From assembly GCF_037042905.1 (NCBI RefSeq), contig NC_087257.1, positions 13,392,001 to 13,456,000 of the forward strand: a stretch of 64,000 bases of DNA, read 5' to 3'. Shown here one piece after another: positions 61,001-64,000 of this stretch. This DNA comes from Lytechinus pictus (taxonomy: Eukaryota). A model generated the notes under the pieces. It ran no database searches, was not told the origin of the DNA, and saw only the letters and a list, made by a program, of their open reading frames with translations. How positions within the stretch are numbered: position 1 is the stretch's first letter; the number at the start of each line of letters is the position of its first letter. The position numbers and the translations under genes were made by a program.

Positions 61001-64000
61001 GATCTCTTCCATACTACTTCAGGGTTTTTTAAGCTATATAAAATGTTGCAAGTCTGTGCGCCGCTGTTGACCAATCAGAACGCGTCGGCAATTCTACTGC
61101 AATTCCAATCATTTTGCGATGGACATTGCCGGGGTTTTTTGTGGTTCCTGACTTTGCTACATCATGAAATTTCATAATTCTTTTTCAGTCGTAAAGAAGA
61201 ATGTCTACGCTTTATATTGATTATAATATCAATTTGACGCAAGTGTAATTTCGGTGCAAAAATGCGCTCTGTTTATTCACATATATTTCTTGAAAAAAAT
61301 CATTTTTTCTAAGCTAAATATCGGTCTTCAAAATACATTAAATGTGCATTTTATTTAGCTGATCAGAAATTTCAAAGTTTTATCTATAAAATAAGACCAA
61401 TTTTGTGAGGAATAAACGATTCTAAGAGCAAAAAACACCGATCGGAAAGTTCGTCTTCACAGCTCATTACGTATGCAAAACCACGGACGGCTATGCATAC
61501 CGCTGAATAAAATAGAGCACTTTCGGACGGGCTGCGGACTGACTGTAGGGCTCGCTTAGGCTAGCGCATTAACTTTACCTCAAATCTGGACCTGTCTAAT
61601 GCCTATACTAATCAGTGTTGTAGTGCCTTGATGCTCGGCCTTGGCCTTAAGGCGCCTTAAGGCCTACTTTTTCAAAGCCTTGGCCTTGAGAGGGCCTTGG
61701 CCTTGGGGACTTTGTCACCATTATCAAGAATTTTCAAACAAAGAATACATCAGTTATGAAAAATAGCATTATGTATTGGTAATGTGTTGTAATCATGACT
61801 AATGATGATAATGACAGTAAATAATAATGATCATGATCAAGATAATAGTGCTTTGATGACAAGAATAAATTTGACATCTGACAGCAATTTTGACAACAAT
61901 TTTCATACTGTAAACATAGCTAATTCTAAAGAACGATAACAAGGTTGATATCTATTCCATTAGGATTTTCCTTGTATTATTTTCTTTGGCCAACAAGAAT
62001 GTTTTAAGATATTCTGAAAAGATTTGGTAAACTTGAACACAGTCTTCAATTTTATCATATCCAAATAGGTTATGTCAATGGCATGATGAGCCAGAAACTT
62101 TGAGGGGCCAAGCATGGCATATAGAGCAAAATTTCTGTAAAAAAAAGAGAAGAAAACGATTGAAGCGAGCGAGTGAACAAAATTTGTCCCCCTCTTTCTA
62201 TAGGAAAAGCTAATTTTGCGATAGATTGTTTAAAAAATAATATCACATTTATACTCCATCTTTTCCTTTCCCTTTCTCCCCTTGTCTAAGTTTATTCTTG
62301 GTGGTGGAACTTCTTCTTCTCTCTATCTCTTTTCTAAATTGTATATTTGTTTTGGGTCAGATTGACAAAACAAAGGGGAAAAAATGTTTACTTCTTTTTA
62401 ATCATATATCGTTCAACAGTGAATTTCATGTCTCTACAGTTTCAAGGAAATAAACAACGTATTTGTTTTGTGTCAATATGGTTTCAAGAAATAATAATTG
62501 ATAAAAAATAATAATTGAATAATTAATAATTATCAATTTTATCAATAAGTATTAATAATTAATGATTGATTAACTGTTTAAAGAAATAATTAAGATTTAC
62601 CCTCTCCCAACTAAGGATATGGGGTGCACCCTGTTTATTTTATATCCTTTTGAATATAACTTTATTTTGTAAGTATTCTTTATTCTGTTTTTTTAAGGTA
62701 AAAATAAGTGTAGAAGATACAAGAAATGAGAATTGAAATTTAAAAGTGGTTGTAAGCAGAAAAAAATATGAAAACTGACAAGTCCTAAAAATGACTCATT
62801 TTCAGTTTAAGCATTTGAAAATTTTAGCTTGCGCTTTGTGCTCTCTTGCCCCCCCCCCCCCCCCCCAAAAAAAAATCCCTGTAGGATTTTTTTTTCCAAA
62901 TGAAATATGCCCTTTTTAAAAAAGAAATATACCTTCTTTAATAATAAGACATAATACATTTTAGGTTCGAAAATCACAGATTTTGAATCGTGCTTGCATC
63001 AATTCTTGTTTAGTACAGTACTAATCCTGCTCATGGTTACAAACATGTATAGAATGTTGCTTTATGGTTGGAATATCAAAAATTGTTGGCTCGCTTCCTG
63101 CACTCGCATCAATTATTGTACTCGTTCTCTTCCCGTTCACAAAAAAAAAATGCTTAGAATGTCCAGTTTTCTTTGGAATATCACAAATTTTTGAGCTCGC
63201 GCTTTGCGTTCGCATTATATTTATTGGTGAGTTATGTATCCTATTAAAAATGCAGTAAATAACTGCTTCCTTTACTGGTGAGTATATAAAAAAAAATTAG
63301 CGAGCGTACAGTTATTTTTAGTTAGATACACATCTTTTTCATGATTACAAAACCAGCTCAGAATATTTAATTTCCATGTCTTATTACACGACATGTCAAG
63401 AAGTTTGAGCTGGTGGTTCGCGCTGGCAACATTGCGCAAGGATGCCCTTTTAACAATGATTAGCCCCATAATTGACCATAAATCAAGTTTTACAACTTTT
63501 TTTTCAAAACCGCTTGCTCGCTATGCTTTGCCGCTGAGAAGTAAAACCTAAATCAAAATATCTATCTTATAATTAAAAATCACTTTATAAAGCCTTTGCT
63601 CAACTTAATTTCTACAAAACACACAATTACTTCACGCAGTTCATAATCTCATTTTGAAAATACATGTATTTGTTTGCACAAAAAACTCATTTTTATAAAT
63701 GAGTGCCTTTTTGGCGTTGAACCCCCCCCCCCCCAATAATAATTTTCTGCTGCCCCTGTCCCAGGGAGTGGAGAAAAACATACGTTGAGAATGCCAGGAT
63801 CAGATGACCGTGGTAATAATAATTATTGCAATGTAAATTGCCTAGAAAAATTATGGATTATGTGTACACAGGTAACTATATCATTATTTTAATATGTCTC
63901 TATCATGAAATTATTTTTGTTTTAAATGTACAAAGGTTAATTTTTTTCTCGCTCAGTCCCCTCGCTCACATACATTTTACCATGTGTGATGTCTGCCGCC

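Larger units (their letters stand above)
58186..61545. mobile_element. 3.36-kb non-autonomous TIR element with CAGTCAGAC termini and 3-bp TSD
   Basis: TAG|CAGTCAGACCGCAGCTC ... GGGCTGCGGACTGACTG|TAG (TIR match 15/17); internal direct repeat TGGTTCCTGACTTTGCTACAT at ~58511 and ~61142. Confidence 0.65.

Overview
AT-rich, intron-containing animal genomic DNA. The repeat families look like those of a marine invertebrate such as an echinoderm (inference). The window is dominated by mobile elements. The main discovery is a spliced, minus-strand gene of about 36 kb (about 57969 to 21945), reassembled by hand from GT-AG exons with matching phases. It fuses an N-terminal PR-Set7/SETD8-like SET methyltransferase domain, an acidic 32-aa tandem-repeat linker, two zinc-finger-like motifs and a C-terminal tyrosine-recombinase-like domain (LFNARRGGE ... 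THNRH ... MGHS ... TYQ). This copy carries nonsense and frameshift lesions. Its introns hold a full-length BEL/Pao LTR retrotransposon, a near full-length CR1-type LINE, a 797-bp tandem duplication and many MITEs. The BEL element has no tRNA PBS but has a possible self-priming signal, and the LINE has a very long acidic ORF2 extension. Downstream lie a Mag-type Ty3/Gypsy element and a degenerate SAMD3-like multi-exon gene whose last intron contains a 5.07-kb, almost spacer-less foldback element. No intact host protein-coding gene, rRNA or CRISPR array is supported.
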